From a virus, in IMG/VR virus record IMGVR_UViG_3300045988_116230, positions 84,126 to 148,125 of that record: 64,000 nucleotides of DNA. One strand, 5' to 3'. The notes beneath the pieces are model-generated. The model had not been told where the DNA came from and did no database searches. It saw only the letters and a list, made by a program, of their open reading frames with translations. Both the position numbers and the translations under genes were made by a program. Positions 18,516 to 29,254 of the stretch are shown here, one piece after another (the stretch's first letter is position 1; each line of letters opens with the position of its first letter).

Positions 18516-19730
18516 TACGTACAAGACATAAATGGTAAACCTATGATGCCTACAACAAGGCATCATAGGTAAGACGACTGCTTAAAGAAAACAAGGCAGT
18601 TGTTGTGAACCTATGTCCGTTTACCATCAAATTAATGTACGTAACATCTGATTACAAACAAGAAATTGTGTTAGGCGTTGATGCTGGTACTAAACATGTT
18701 GGTTTATCAGCAACGACGAAAAGCAAAGAGCTTTACAGCAGTGAAGTTATTCTTAGAAATGATATCGTAGATCTTTTGTCTACCAGAAGAGAGCTACGGA
18801 AAGCAAGACGGAACAGGTTAAGATATAGAAAACCTCGTTTTGATAACAGAGTAAAAAGCAAGCGTCTAGGATGGATAGCACCTTCGGTGAAATACAAAGT
18901 AGACGCCCATATTCGTGTTGTTGAAAATGTTTGCTCTATATTACCAATATCTCGTATTGTTATTGAAGTAGCTCAATTCGATACTCAAAAGATTAAGAAT
19001 CCTGAGATATCAGGTAAAGAATACCAGGAAGGTGATCAACTTGAGTTTTGGAACACAAGGGAGTATGTTTTAGCAAGAGATGGACATAAATGCCAGTATT
19101 GTAAAGGCAAGTCAAAAGATTCTATACTGAATGTTCATCATATTGAGTCTCGAAAAACCGGAGGGGATTCCCCTTCTAATCTTATAACTTTATGTGAAAC
19201 ATGTCACAAAGAATACCATAAAGGTAATATAGATTTAAAGATCAGAAGAGGCAAGTCGCTTCGCGACGCAACCGTAATGGGAATTATGAAATGGAGGTTG
19301 TATGAAGAGTTAAAATCCAGATACGACAGAGTTTTTATGACGTTTGGTTACATTACGAAACATAATCGGATTAAATATGGGATTGAAAAATCCCATACAT
19401 CCGACGCGTTTGTCATTTCTAAGAATATTAATGCGAAACGAATCGAACGTCAATATTTAAAACGTTTAATTCGTAGACATAATAGACAAATACATAAAAT
19501 GAAAATTTTAAAGGGGGGGGAAGAAGAAAAACAATCAAGCTCCTTTTGAGGTTTTCGGTTTTAGGTTGTTTGATAAAGTGTTGTATAACAATAAAATATT
19601 CTTTGTTTATGGAAGGAGAAAATCAGGGAGTTTCAATATCAGGGATTTCAACGGAGAAAATTCAAAAGATGTTTCACGCAAAAAGTTTAAACTCATTAGA
19701 GGGAAGAGGCATCCGATTATATTAAAGTAA
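18510..19730 (+). pseudogene. iscB: IscB-like RNA-guided nuclease (PLMP N-term, RuvC-I, RRxRR bridge helix, RuvC-II, HNH, RuvC-III, C-terminal domain) interrupted by two frameshifts. Segments: 18510-18569 (frame 0), 18569-19520 (frame -1, the 314-aa track ORF), 19521-19730 (after a G8 run 19513-19520)
   Basis: motifs read from translation; details in the IscB finding. Confidence 0.65.
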
Positions 19731-19767
19731 ATGAACGGATTTAATAAATTTAATAGAAAAACGTATC

Positions 19768-20073
19768 ATGTATAATAAAGAAATAGTAATATGCGCGGCC
19801 ATCTGGGTGCAGGACGGCAAGAAGCGTCCTCATCAGCCCACCAATATACCATCCGGCGCCGTATTTTGTGGATTGAGACATTGTTCTATCATTTCTCAGT
19901 TTGCGGCATACGGTATAGCTCATAAAAACCGCAGTGTTCAAGGATTTTTGACAAGCAAGAACCGGTTTCTGACGAGAGAAGAAGCGTCTGAGCTTGTTAA
20001 GAACAATAATCAGGAGATGGTAGTAGATAGGAATGCTATTAGAGAACAATTGTATTCAGAAGATTTATATTAA
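19768..20073 (+). CDS. hypothetical protein
   Basis: ORF track. Confidence 0.45.
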   Translation: MYNKEIVICAAIWVQDGKKRPHQPTNIPSGAVFCGLRHCSIISQFAAYGIAHKNRSVQGFLTSKNRFLTREEASELVKNNNQEMVVDRNAIREQLYSEDLY

Positions 20074-20090
20074 CTAAAAAACAAAACAAC

Positions 20091-20441
20091 ATGGGGTTTA
20101 AAATCAAAAAGTCAATCATTTATAATATGATGAACGGCAGTCGGGTAGAGTACGAATTTGACAACAAGAATTTAGATCATATCACATTTAAAGGTGATGG
20201 TAAAGAATCTTTTTCATTTAACAGAGTACTTGTTGAAAATTTAATTGAAACATTTGAGACTATGCAGGATATATACTCTGATAATTACGGAATTAAGGTT
20301 TATACCGGTAATTGCATAATTCAATTGAACGTAAATCCAAAGGACCCCAGTGAATCCTTTTTTGACGTATATGATAGAGATGAGATGAAATTGATATACG
20401 GAATAAAGATCAGTATTCTGAAAGAAATGTTTATCATATGA
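20091..20441 (+). CDS. hypothetical protein
   Basis: ORF track. Confidence 0.45.
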   Translation: MGFKIKKSIIYNMMNGSRVEYEFDNKNLDHITFKGDGKESFSFNRVLVENLIETFETMQDIYSDNYGIKVYTGNCIIQLNVNPKDPSESFFDVYDRDEMKLIYGIKISILKEMFII

Positions 20442-20755
20442 TTACCAAGCAGGACATACAAGCAGCAGCATCGTATATTTTCCGAAGCAGTTTTGTCTCG
20501 GAGGACCAGGCAAGGAAAGCAATGGTAAAAGCCGGCAATAACGCTACCAAGATCCTCGTCAAGACCTTTAGAGGCAAGTTGTTCAAGAAAGCTTTTGAAA
20601 GAGCCCGTAGAGGAAAGGATATCAGTTCTTTTGAAAGACAGGAAAAAGAAAGTGGTTTCAATTTTCTACATAATCCTAATAATGGTCGTATGCAAAGCGG
20701 TCATATTATAATAGATGGAATTGGTCTGTTTAAACAAATAATTCATGAAAGGTAA
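20438..20755 (+). CDS. hypothetical basic protein
   Basis: ORF track. Confidence 0.45.
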   Translation: MITKQDIQAAASYIFRSSFVSEDQARKAMVKAGNNATKILVKTFRGKLFKKAFERARRGKDISSFERQEKESGFNFLHNPNNGRMQSGHIIIDGIGLFKQIIHER

Positions 20756-20919
20756 AAAAGTTGATATTCGTTTAGGCAGAGGTCTGGCGAATCAGATTAA
20801 GATAAACAAAACCATCCCAGTGTCTCATAAACCAAAAGAAGAACGTCGAATGATGTTTGTTTGTGGTGATGATATTGCTTCTCTTATAAAGCGGTTTGAA
20901 AATGAATCAAAGTAATATA

Positions 20920-20952
20920 AAGTCGGACATGTGTCTTGTCCGACTTTTTTTA
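20920..20952 (+). terminator. rho-independent terminator AGTCGGACA-tgtgtct-TGTCCGACT-TTTTTTT
   Basis: read directly. Confidence 0.65.
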
Positions 20953-20964
20953 TATATTTGTGGC

Positions 20965-21288
20965 ATGGCAAGAGGTTATTATTGGATATCACAAACAGAT
21001 GAAACGTTAAATGGCAGAAGCTATTACGTGGCTAAGATAGTAGGAGATATCACGTTTGATACTAAACGAAAAAGAATCGTATTTCAAGCTGATAGGTATT
21101 TCCCTGTAGGATCTGTTTTCCATTTTACGCACAATTGCTTCAACTATATCATAACTTGCCGACTTCGTAAGCCGGGGCTTTGGTTTGAAGCCAGGAGAGA
21201 AGATTCAGGCTCTATTTGCCCTGAAGATATTGAGCGCTTTGAATCGGGAAGGTTTATACACCGAGATGGGTACATGCATTACATATAA
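20965..21288 (+). CDS. hypothetical protein (track ORF 20896.. trimmed to Met after terminator)
   Basis: ORF track. Confidence 0.4.
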   Translation: MARGYYWISQTDETLNGRSYYVAKIVGDITFDTKRKRIVFQADRYFPVGSVFHFTHNCFNYIITCRLRKPGLWFEARREDSGSICPEDIERFESGRFIHRDGYMHYI

Positions 21289-21430
21289 GCTGAACTTGAC
21301 GATTTTTCGTCAGATTATAATTTTTTTTCATATTATTTTTAAGCCATCAGACTGAGAAGTTAGGTGGCTTTATTTTTTATGATATGCTTGATTTTTAACT
21401 ACCTTTGTCTCATAACAAAAATGTTTTACT

Positions 21431-24400
21431 ATGACATCAACGTGTATTATTAAAAGAGATAATAAAAATAAAGTTGTTTCTGTCTCTACCAGATCAGGGG
21501 ACAGGTCTATGTTGTTTGATAAAATAGCATCTATTCCTCTTATGGAGAATAGGGAACGGGCTACTACTGTTTTTAAAACCGTATTTTCTAATAAGTTCTT
21601 AAAGGCTTTTGGTGACTGGAGAAGGAATGTACCTGTTAATAAACAGGCTTATAATAAGGTAAAATCCAACATCGGCCTTATTCCGGAATCCTATAGAGAA
21701 AGGGTGCTGGATAAGGCTTCTAAGATGAGTAATCCTATTCTTGTGTCAAAATCAGATGCACCTTATGGAATCCGAGAATCGGGCTTTGGATTCTACAGCC
21801 AAGATCTGGGTGATAATATTATGTTGGTGGATGCTATGGTTCCGTCAAGTATTTCCGTACCGGAAGGACCTGGAATAGACGCCGGGCAGTATTTACAAGA
21901 TGCTATATCTTCGGACTTCACTCCCGTATCTATGGTACAGGATAAGGGTGTTAATTATATGGTTATAAAAGACGGTCTTAAGATATTTAGCCCAGAAGAG
22001 TTACCACAGACAGATTCTAATCCTGTGGGTGTAACGTATCATACTGGAGAGCCTCGTTTGTTTTTCATGAACGATCGTAGTCAATTATTTGAAGATTACG
22101 GAGAAGCTCTTCGCTCTGGAGGGAATGATATTAGAATAGGATTCTTATCCGGCACCGTTCAAGAATCTGCCGTGGATGGCGTGGCAGACATTACTTACAA
22201 GGCTGGAAAGTATGTTCTTAATAATCCCAAGTCTTTTATACCGGTCATGACCGCTTCTGCTTCTACTTCTTTATCAACAAAAGGTGGTATAATTAACTAC
22301 CTTATAAAGAAAGGTCTTTTGTCCGGATCTAAGATATTCGATTCGGAAACAAGAAGCTATTATCTTACAGGAGAAGGACATACAGGACAAATTAGACTTT
22401 TCAATTCAGCATTATCCTACACCGAGCTCCGTAATCATTTTGGTTCCGATGTTTCCATGAACGACCAAGGTATGATAACCATAAATTCATTGGATAATAG
22501 TAAGGTAACTATGAGACTCGCCACCGGAGGAACAGAAAGAGTTAGCAAGGAGCAGATAAAGAGCGATCTTAAGTCTGGAAGATACAATGAATTGGATGCT
22601 AAATACGATCACTTTGATGCGCTTGTAGTTTCATTTATATTAGAAGACAATGATCTTTATGCTGATACTAAAGCTAAGATAGTATCGGATTATAGCCAAG
22701 AGGAACGTAATCAACGAAATTCTATTGTTGAGATACTGAAAACGCTGGGCGTTAGTGTCGTTGGCATGACCGATTATATAGAGAAGTACCAAACTAAATA
22801 CGGACACGAACCTTCTGCTAAGGCATTGGCGGATATTGCCAATAACGTAATAGCAGTCGGTGAAGATGCTACTTTGTCTGACTTAGTAGAAGAAACAGCA
22901 CACTTTCTCGTAGAGGCGTACAGAGATCAGAATGCTGTTGAATCTGTTTTGCAAGATGTAGAAGGCACTGAAGAATGGAATCAGTATGCAGGTCAGTATT
23001 ATAATACATACGGTAAGGTATATGAAGGCTCTGAACTTGATAATGCTGTTAGGAGAGAAATTCTTGGAAAGATCCTCGCCAGGGAGATGCAGACCGGCAC
23101 AGCACAGGCGCCGGTAGAGCCCACCTCCTTCCTGGGGCGCGTCCGGCAGCTTCTCTCTGGAATTGTAAACTGGCTTAAATCAGCTTTATCAACCCAAAGA
23201 CAGGATTTGAATAACGTTATTAAAAACATTCGTGATCTTGCCATTACTGACATAGATAAAGGATTTGATACCTCTCTGTTAAAGGATAATGACTTTACAT
23301 TATATTCCCTTTCTTCTATGAACAAGAACAAGTTTCTTGAGTCTAAGATCCGGGCATTGAGAAAAACGTTAAGAGACTTACGTCAGATAAGCTCTGATAG
23401 GGCTGTAACTACGTCTATGACCCTTGCCCAGCTTAAGACCATAGAAGATAAGATAAATAAGGTAGAGACCGAAATAGACAAGAATGAGATGGCGGCCGCC
23501 ATGAACAGCATGATCTCCACAGCCGAAGCTCAGGTTAGATACTTAAGCAACGTAGTAAATACTATCCTTCATGGTGATACCAAAGACGGTAAGCTTCACT
23601 TCAATACCAATGATCGAAAGAACGTAGATATTATCAACAATCAGGTTCTTCCGATCATGAACGATCTTCGAGGATATATCCGTAACAGAAGTACCGAATT
23701 TGATGAACGTGAAAAGCAGGATTATACAAATAGGATCAATACCGTCATTGCCGACATCAATGGTATTCAGTCTGATATTAAATCAGTACAAGACCTTGAT
23801 GAAAGCACGTTGCTTGATAAGTTAATGAACGAACTTCATGTGCCGGCAGATAAGGTAAAGAGAGTAAAAGAATTTTTCGACAAGGTTCAACACGATGTTT
23901 CTTGGATAAGTAGGTGGTTTGGTATATTAGAGCATTCTTCCAGTCCGTTCAATAACGCTCTTGGAGCTATGATTGCCAAAGACAATTACAATGCGATGGT
24001 GAATGCCCAGCCCGCCATATCCGACTTCCTGGCATATGCGAAAAAGCATGGTTTTAACAAATCTGAATTTGAAAAACTGCTTCAGAAAGTAGACGGCAAA
24101 ACTTCTAATTACCTTCGTAGTGCTCTTGATATGGCTAAATACGATCGTAATAAGAAGCTGGCGCAGATGCGAGCGTTTGCGACTGCCATGAACATAGAGA
24201 TATCAGAAGAAGAAATTGGTGATGTGGTTGACAATAACCGTAATTACGTATTTAAAAGAGAAGTAGTTGACAAGGATGGAAATACGGTTACTGAAAACGC
24301 TAAATTCAAACCATCGTCTGATAGAGTTAATACCGATATTTTTACCATCGAGCAGGAAAAGATCTATACAGAGCAGATGGAAAAGTGGGATGCTGAAAAT

Positions 24401-27400
24401 TCGGAACTGGAATTTAGCGAAAGTTATGCCACAAGAATGGAATCCATATACAAAAAGGCTGAAGAAGAATTAGGGCATCCGGTTTCTCAAACAACCAAAG
24501 AATACCTTAATGCCCTATCCCGGCAAAAACGGATATTGAGGCAGCCTTTTATTGATAGCGGTGGTAATTTTGATGAGGTTGCCTATTTTAAAAGCAGCAA
24601 TTACGAAGAAGAAGGACTGCTTCGTAAACAACGTAAGGAAGCAGCTTCAGAATACATATATGTAGGAACCAGGAGAGTGGAAAAAACCGGCGACCAACTT
24701 AAGATGGCCAAAGAAATACAAGCTATAAATGAAGTTTGGAGAAAGGAATCAAATAATGCCACTAATGCCGTATCAGAATCGTTTTTGCAAAAATTAAGAA
24801 CGATTCAGAACGAGTCAGGAGGAGAAGCTGCGCTGAAGACACTTATGTTGGGAGGTCACCTGTCATTCAACGATCGGTTTTGGAATGATGTAGAATCAGA
24901 ACAGTCGGCACGTACCGAATCAAATAACAAGGCTTCGTATCTTAAAATGGCGCATGATATCATTAGTTCTACGACAAGTGATAGAGATGCGACTGACGTG
25001 GACTCGATTGTAAAAGATATAGAAAAAAATAAGGCTATTATCAAGGAAATAATCGGAAACAATCGCGATGTGGCTGATATCGGAGAGATTAACGAAGCGA
25101 CATTTACCTCATCTGAAAGAGATGCTTTTAGGGCCGCATCTGAAGCTATTGAAGCCGATTACGCTATTTTGATAGATTATGCTAAGATGGTGGGTCTTGA
25201 AGATATTGATAAGTACTTTACTAAAAGCAGTAAGGCTGAAAACGAAGTAAATCAGTCTTATTTAAATGCTCTTGCTGACTCCAAGGAAGTGGAATGGAAG
25301 TTCGTACAACGTCATACTACGGCGAAGAAAGCAAAAAGGATTCAGGCTTTAAGGGATAAGCTGTTTAAGGCTGCTGATAACCGATATCTGTTTACCGTAT
25401 CTGAAACCAACTACCTGTCAGAAAAGCTTGGTATAAGCAAAGAATTAGACGGTAGAGATTTCAGGAATGCTGTTAATGCTAAGATGGCCAGCTTATTTTT
25501 AAATAATACAAGAGAAGAGGGCGTAGAAGAAGCTAATGCTATTGTTAATGAATTTGCCAGAAGCCAGGTTTTTTCGTACTATAAACGCATGGCGCCTACC
25601 GGATATGCAGCTATGATCGACAAAATCGGTCGAGGTGAGATAGATGTGGCGCAAATGGTTAAGGACGTACAAAACGGTACATCCACCCAAGATTATGGCA
25701 TGGACATATCGTACTTGTCTTTCGACCCTGCAAGGGCATGGGTGGCTGAATCTGAAGCCGAAAATAGCGGTCGTAATCCTGATTATGTAAAAGATCATGG
25801 GTATGGTCATCGAATGCCTAAGAAAAGCCTGTATCGTGACGAATCGTATTTCAATGACTTTGGTATCAAGTATGATGCTGACGGTAATGAGGTTGCTACT
25901 AAAAACGTAGAGCAGTGGAATATGATTCAAAAACTCAAGGAAATAAAAAGACAATCCCTTGATCTATACAAAGAGCAGAGCCCGAACCTGTATGCTATTC
26001 CACAGATATCCAAACAAGATATAGAACGTGTAGAAGGGTTAGGTATCAGCCTTAAAAGTACGGTCAGGAACTTCGTATCCGACTTATGTCTTGACCGCGT
26101 AGATGACTCCCTGTATGGTAAAACACGTCAGGGTGAGGTATATGATCCGGAAGATAGGGTTCGGTCCATACCTAAATACTACATATATGAATTAGAGAAC
26201 CAAGATGATGTATCTCACGATTTTGGCTACTCTTATTCGATGCTTATGATGCAGTCATCGTTATATAACGAAAAGCAGAAGTCTATAGAGCTTGCCCAAG
26301 GACTGGAGCAGATGTTACTGAATAAACAATTTGAGGGTGGTAAGAAGGCTGAAGCAACCCAAGCATATCAGATGTTCAGGGACTTCTTCAACGATCATTA
26401 TTATGGCATTAGGATGAACACCAAAAAACTTACGGTGAACATCGGAGGATATACGGTAGACCTTACAAGAATTATGATGGCTGTTGAAAGGTTTATGTCG
26501 GTCATGAACTTGGCACTGTCTCCATTTGTGGCAGCTACCGGCGCCTTAACAGGTCATATCAACCTCATCATGGAATCTGCCGTAGGACAGTATATAAGCA
26601 AAGACTCCCTTAAATACGCATCGGCTGAATTTTCACGCCTTGCTCCATCTTGTATAGCAGAAACCGGAGACATAGATAGGAAAAGCAAATTATATGTCAT
26701 AGGTGAGAGAATGGGGATATTCAATATCCGAAATCGTATGTATGGTGCCGGATACAATAGAGCGGCCAGGACCTTAATGCGTTCGCCTATGTATGCTTTT
26801 ATGGAAATCCTGAACTACCCTCTTGATCCGCAGGTTATGATTGCTACTATGGACAATGTTCGTTATTACAAAGGCCGGTTCTACACGTTCCAAGATTTCA
26901 AGATGGAAAAAGAACGTAATAAAGAACAGAGTACCATAAAAAGAGAATGGAACGCATTAAAAGATCGTACTTTATGGAGTATGGTAGACGTCGTGGATGG
27001 GAAGGTGGTTGTAAAGCCAGGATCGGGTGTTACTGTTGAGGAAGTTGAAACCCAGATGGCTATAACCAGAAATCAAGTTCGTAGCTTGTCGCAGATATGC
27101 AACGGATCTTTGAATGAAGAAAACCGAACTGCCGCATCGCGCAACTGGATAGCCAGGTTCATGACCGCCCACCGAGGATGGTTGGTGCTGGCGGCTCAAC
27201 GTCTGTGGAAAAGACGTGGCTTCAATTTCCAGACAATGCAAGAAGAGGAAGGGTTGTCAATTACGTTAAAGAATATGATAGCCAAAACATTTAGCTTAGC
27301 TTCCGAGTCTGGTATGAAAAACATCATAGATGCCTGGAACGAAAATAAAGACAATATGAATGAGGTAGAGAAAACCAATCTCAAACGTCTCAGTGTCTAT

Positions 27401-27853
27401 GCCGGCACGTTCCTTATCATGCAGGCCGTATCTATGCTTCTTGCCGGATGGCGTGATGATGATGAAAACGAAGAAAGTTGGCTTACTCAATTTGGATCCT
27501 ATGTCGGATTCAGAACCATAAACGAAATAGCTTCACAGATGCCGTTTATTATGGAGCTTAACGTGGTAGATATCATTAACGATCCGTTTGTTATGGGGCG
27601 AAAACTGAAGGATCTTACCGATCTTAGGAATTATTCACTTGATAAAGTAACATCCGGTACATACAAGGGAGAGTCTAAGTTATTTAGGCAACTCGCCAAA
27701 CAGACGTTTATCAAACAATGGTATAATATCAAGACGCCGGAAGACGTAGCGCGCGCCTATAATTGGTGGCAGCAGACGAACAACAAGTCAATGATGTTCT
27801 TCATCGGCGCTACTCCTGATTCGGAAGGGGACGATGATGTTAGCTACAAGTAG
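21431..27853 (+). CDS. giant protein (2140 aa), coiled-coil rich; TAccTTTG box ~25 nt upstream of ATG
   Basis: ORF length; no catalytic motif recognised (no obvious RNAP DxDGD, no lysozyme motif). Confidence 0.55.
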   Translation: MTSTCIIKRDNKNKVVSVSTRSGDRSMLFDKIASIPLMENRERATTVFKTVFSNKFLKAFGDWRRNVPVNKQAYNKVKSNIGLIPESYRERVLDKASKMSNPILVSKSDAPYGIRESGFGFYSQDLGDNIMLVDAMVPSSISVPEGPGIDAGQYLQDAISSDFTPVSMVQDKGVNYMVIKDGLKIFSPEELPQTDSNPVGVTYHTGEPRLFFMNDRSQLFEDYGEALRSGGNDIRIGFLSGTVQESAVDGVADITYKAGKYVLNNPKSFIPVMTASASTSLSTKGGIINYLIKKGLLSGSKIFDSETRSYYLTGEGHTGQIRLFNSALSYTELRNHFGSDVSMNDQGMITINSLDNSKVTMRLATGGTERVSKEQIKSDLKSGRYNELDAKYDHFDALVVSFILEDNDLYADTKAKIVSDYSQEERNQRNSIVEILKTLGVSVVGMTDYIEKYQTKYGHEPSAKALADIANNVIAVGEDATLSDLVEETAHFLVEAYRDQNAVESVLQDVEGTEEWNQYAGQYYNTYGKVYEGSELDNAVRREILGKILAREMQTGTAQAPVEPTSFLGRVRQLLSGIVNWLKSALSTQRQDLNNVIKNIRDLAITDIDKGFDTSLLKDNDFTLYSLSSMNKNKFLESKIRALRKTLRDLRQISSDRAVTTSMTLAQLKTIEDKINKVETEIDKNEMAAAMNSMISTAEAQVRYLSNVVNTILHGDTKDGKLHFNTNDRKNVDIINNQVLPIMNDLRGYIRNRSTEFDEREKQDYTNRINTVIADINGIQSDIKSVQDLDESTLLDKLMNELHVPADKVKRVKEFFDKVQHDVSWISRWFGILEHSSSPFNNALGAMIAKDNYNAMVNAQPAISDFLAYAKKHGFNKSEFEKLLQKVDGKTSNYLRSALDMAKYDRNKKLAQMRAFATAMNIEISEEEIGDVVDNNRNYVFKREVVDKDGNTVTENAKFKPSSDRVNTDIFTIEQEKIYTEQMEKWDAENSELEFSESYATRMESIYKKAEEELGHPVSQTTKEYLNALSRQKRILRQPFIDSGGNFDEVAYFKSSNYEEEGLLRKQRKEAASEYIYVGTRRVEKTGDQLKMAKEIQAINEVWRKESNNATNAVSESFLQKLRTIQNESGGEAALKTLMLGGHLSFNDRFWNDVESEQSARTESNNKASYLKMAHDIISSTTSDRDATDVDSIVKDIEKNKAIIKEIIGNNRDVADIGEINEATFTSSERDAFRAASEAIEADYAILIDYAKMVGLEDIDKYFTKSSKAENEVNQSYLNALADSKEVEWKFVQRHTTAKKAKRIQALRDKLFKAADNRYLFTVSETNYLSEKLGISKELDGRDFRNAVNAKMASLFLNNTREEGVEEANAIVNEFARSQVFSYYKRMAPTGYAAMIDKIGRGEIDVAQMVKDVQNGTSTQDYGMDISYLSFDPARAWVAESEAENSGRNPDYVKDHGYGHRMPKKSLYRDESYFNDFGIKYDADGNEVATKNVEQWNMIQKLKEIKRQSLDLYKEQSPNLYAIPQISKQDIERVEGLGISLKSTVRNFVSDLCLDRVDDSLYGKTRQGEVYDPEDRVRSIPKYYIYELENQDDVSHDFGYSYSMLMMQSSLYNEKQKSIELAQGLEQMLLNKQFEGGKKAEATQAYQMFRDFFNDHYYGIRMNTKKLTVNIGGYTVDLTRIMMAVERFMSVMNLALSPFVAATGALTGHINLIMESAVGQYISKDSLKYASAEFSRLAPSCIAETGDIDRKSKLYVIGERMGIFNIRNRMYGAGYNRAARTLMRSPMYAFMEILNYPLDPQVMIATMDNVRYYKGRFYTFQDFKMEKERNKEQSTIKREWNALKDRTLWSMVDVVDGKVVVKPGSGVTVEEVETQMAITRNQVRSLSQICNGSLNEENRTAASRNWIARFMTAHRGWLVLAAQRLWKRRGFNFQTMQEEEGLSITLKNMIAKTFSLASESGMKNIIDAWNENKDNMNEVEKTNLKRLSVYAGTFLIMQAVSMLLAGWRDDDENEESWLTQFGSYVGFRTINEIASQMPFIMELNVVDIINDPFVMGRKLKDLTDLRNYSLDKVTSGTYKGESKLFRQLAKQTFIKQWYNIKTPEDVARAYNWWQQTNNKSMMFFIGATPDSEGDDDVSYK

Positions 27854-27989
27854 ACGAAGAATATCGGACTTGCATTGTTTTTGTATGATTCCAATATGTT
27901 ATATTAGCATCGTCAAAGAGTAGATTGTACGTTTTTTGTTCTTACTTGAAAGATTATGTAGGTTTAATTTTTTCTGAAATTGTTTTCTT

Positions 27990-28030
27990 ACCGGTTCTCA
28001 GTCAGAGATGATAGGGAACCGGTTTCTTTT
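27990..28030 (+). terminator. hairpin ACCGGTTC-18nt-GAACCGGT + TTCTTTT after the 2140-aa gene
   Basis: read directly. Confidence 0.5.
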
Positions 28031-28232
28031 ATGTTGTCAATTATTGCTATCTTGCAAACAAAAATCATGAGACGAAGATTTCAAATAGGGATGGGGGGGG
28101 GTAAATCCCTCGCTTATAATCAATAAAGGCATATACATCCAACATGTAGATGGAGGATTATATACAAAAGAAAATTGGTCTAATAAAGGATATTCCAATG
28201 ATCTATGCAATGGAATAGCTCTTGTAGATAAA

Positions 28233-28688
28233 GTGTGTTTTGTTATAGCCACCGAATATATTGGCACATTTCGTTGGGGTAAGGATGGAGAAATAGACAA
28301 TATATTTGCACAAGATAGTTCTCATATGGGAACTATTAAAAAGGATTATTGGGGGCGTGAAAATCAGAATGCGTATCTTGAATATGATACCAGTAATACA
28401 GATTACGCTTTTAATAAAGCTAATAGCTATTTATTTAAAAATGGTCAAAATGGATATGTAGGTGGCGCCGGAGAGTTTTTTTTGATATCATTGTATGCTA
28501 ATGAAATAAACGAATGCCTTTTAATGGTAGGAGGTACGATAATGAGTAATAGAATGTGGACATCCACTCGAAATGAAAAATTTTCCTATTCGTGGTATTA
28601 TGATATAAACATCCAAGGAGATCATTTGGATACAGGTTCAAGGGGTAGTTCACATTATGTCCGTCCTTTTACTGAATTAATTTTATAA
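28233..28688 (+). CDS. hypothetical protein
   Basis: ORF track; G9 homopolymer in upstream region (28093-28101). Confidence 0.45.
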   Translation: MCFVIATEYIGTFRWGKDGEIDNIFAQDSSHMGTIKKDYWGRENQNAYLEYDTSNTDYAFNKANSYLFKNGQNGYVGGAGEFFLISLYANEINECLLMVGGTIMSNRMWTSTRNEKFSYSWYYDINIQGDHLDTGSRGSSHYVRPFTELIL

Positions 28689-28692
28689 AATT

Positions 28693-29142
28693 ATGAGAAG
28701 AAGATTTGAAAATATTAATACAGTTGCTGGCGGCAAGATCCCTGTTTTTGCTTGTTCGATTTCGGCCCCTACAACCACATGGCGAAATCCTGTACCTATT
28801 CTTGGTTGTAGATACCGATCTAATGGAGCAACTATGGCGGCTTCCTATGTTTTAGATGAAATTAATAATAGCAAGGTATGTACGATGGGCGGTAATCCTA
28901 TAAATTGTACGATATCAAATTCTGGACAATATATCCAGGCTTACTTTAATGAAGGATCGGTAACAGGTGATATTATGTTACAGTTTACGATTGGAGACGT
29001 TTTTTATTATTTCTTTATTACAGAAGGATCCAATCAAGTACCTCAACTGAAATTAAGTCCAAGTACTCACCTTATTCATTCAATATATAAGATAAGTACA
29101 ATTGGCAGCTTTGTTCCTATTGACACCTATGTAGAATTATAA
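28693..29142 (+). CDS. hypothetical protein
   Basis: ORF track. Confidence 0.45.
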   Translation: MRRRFENINTVAGGKIPVFACSISAPTTTWRNPVPILGCRYRSNGATMAASYVLDEINNSKVCTMGGNPINCTISNSGQYIQAYFNEGSVTGDIMLQFTIGDVFYYFFITEGSNQVPQLKLSPSTHLIHSIYKISTIGSFVPIDTYVEL

Positions 29143-29207
29143 TAAAAGATATAAAAATAGTACTAAAATGTATTAGTATAAGATAAGACGGTTATTAATC
29201 ATATATT

Positions 29208-29254
29208 ACAATAATCCCCAACCGTACACCTATTGTATGGCCGGGGATTATTGT
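29208..29254. terminator. bidirectional terminator between convergent + and - arms (AATAATCCCC-23nt-GGGGATTATT)
   Basis: 10-bp inverted repeat at strand switch. Confidence 0.5.

Noticed and set aside
18339-18566. Track ORF (75 aa, - strand) overlapping the region upstream of iscB
   Set aside because: It is antisense to the IscB N-terminal exon and to the structured putative omega-RNA region and has no start context, so it is likely spurious
21431-27853. Virion RNA polymerase call for the 2140-aa ORF (crAss-like)
   Set aside because: I could not find a DxDGD/NADFDGD catalytic motif or DPBB signatures by eye. Left as hypothetical
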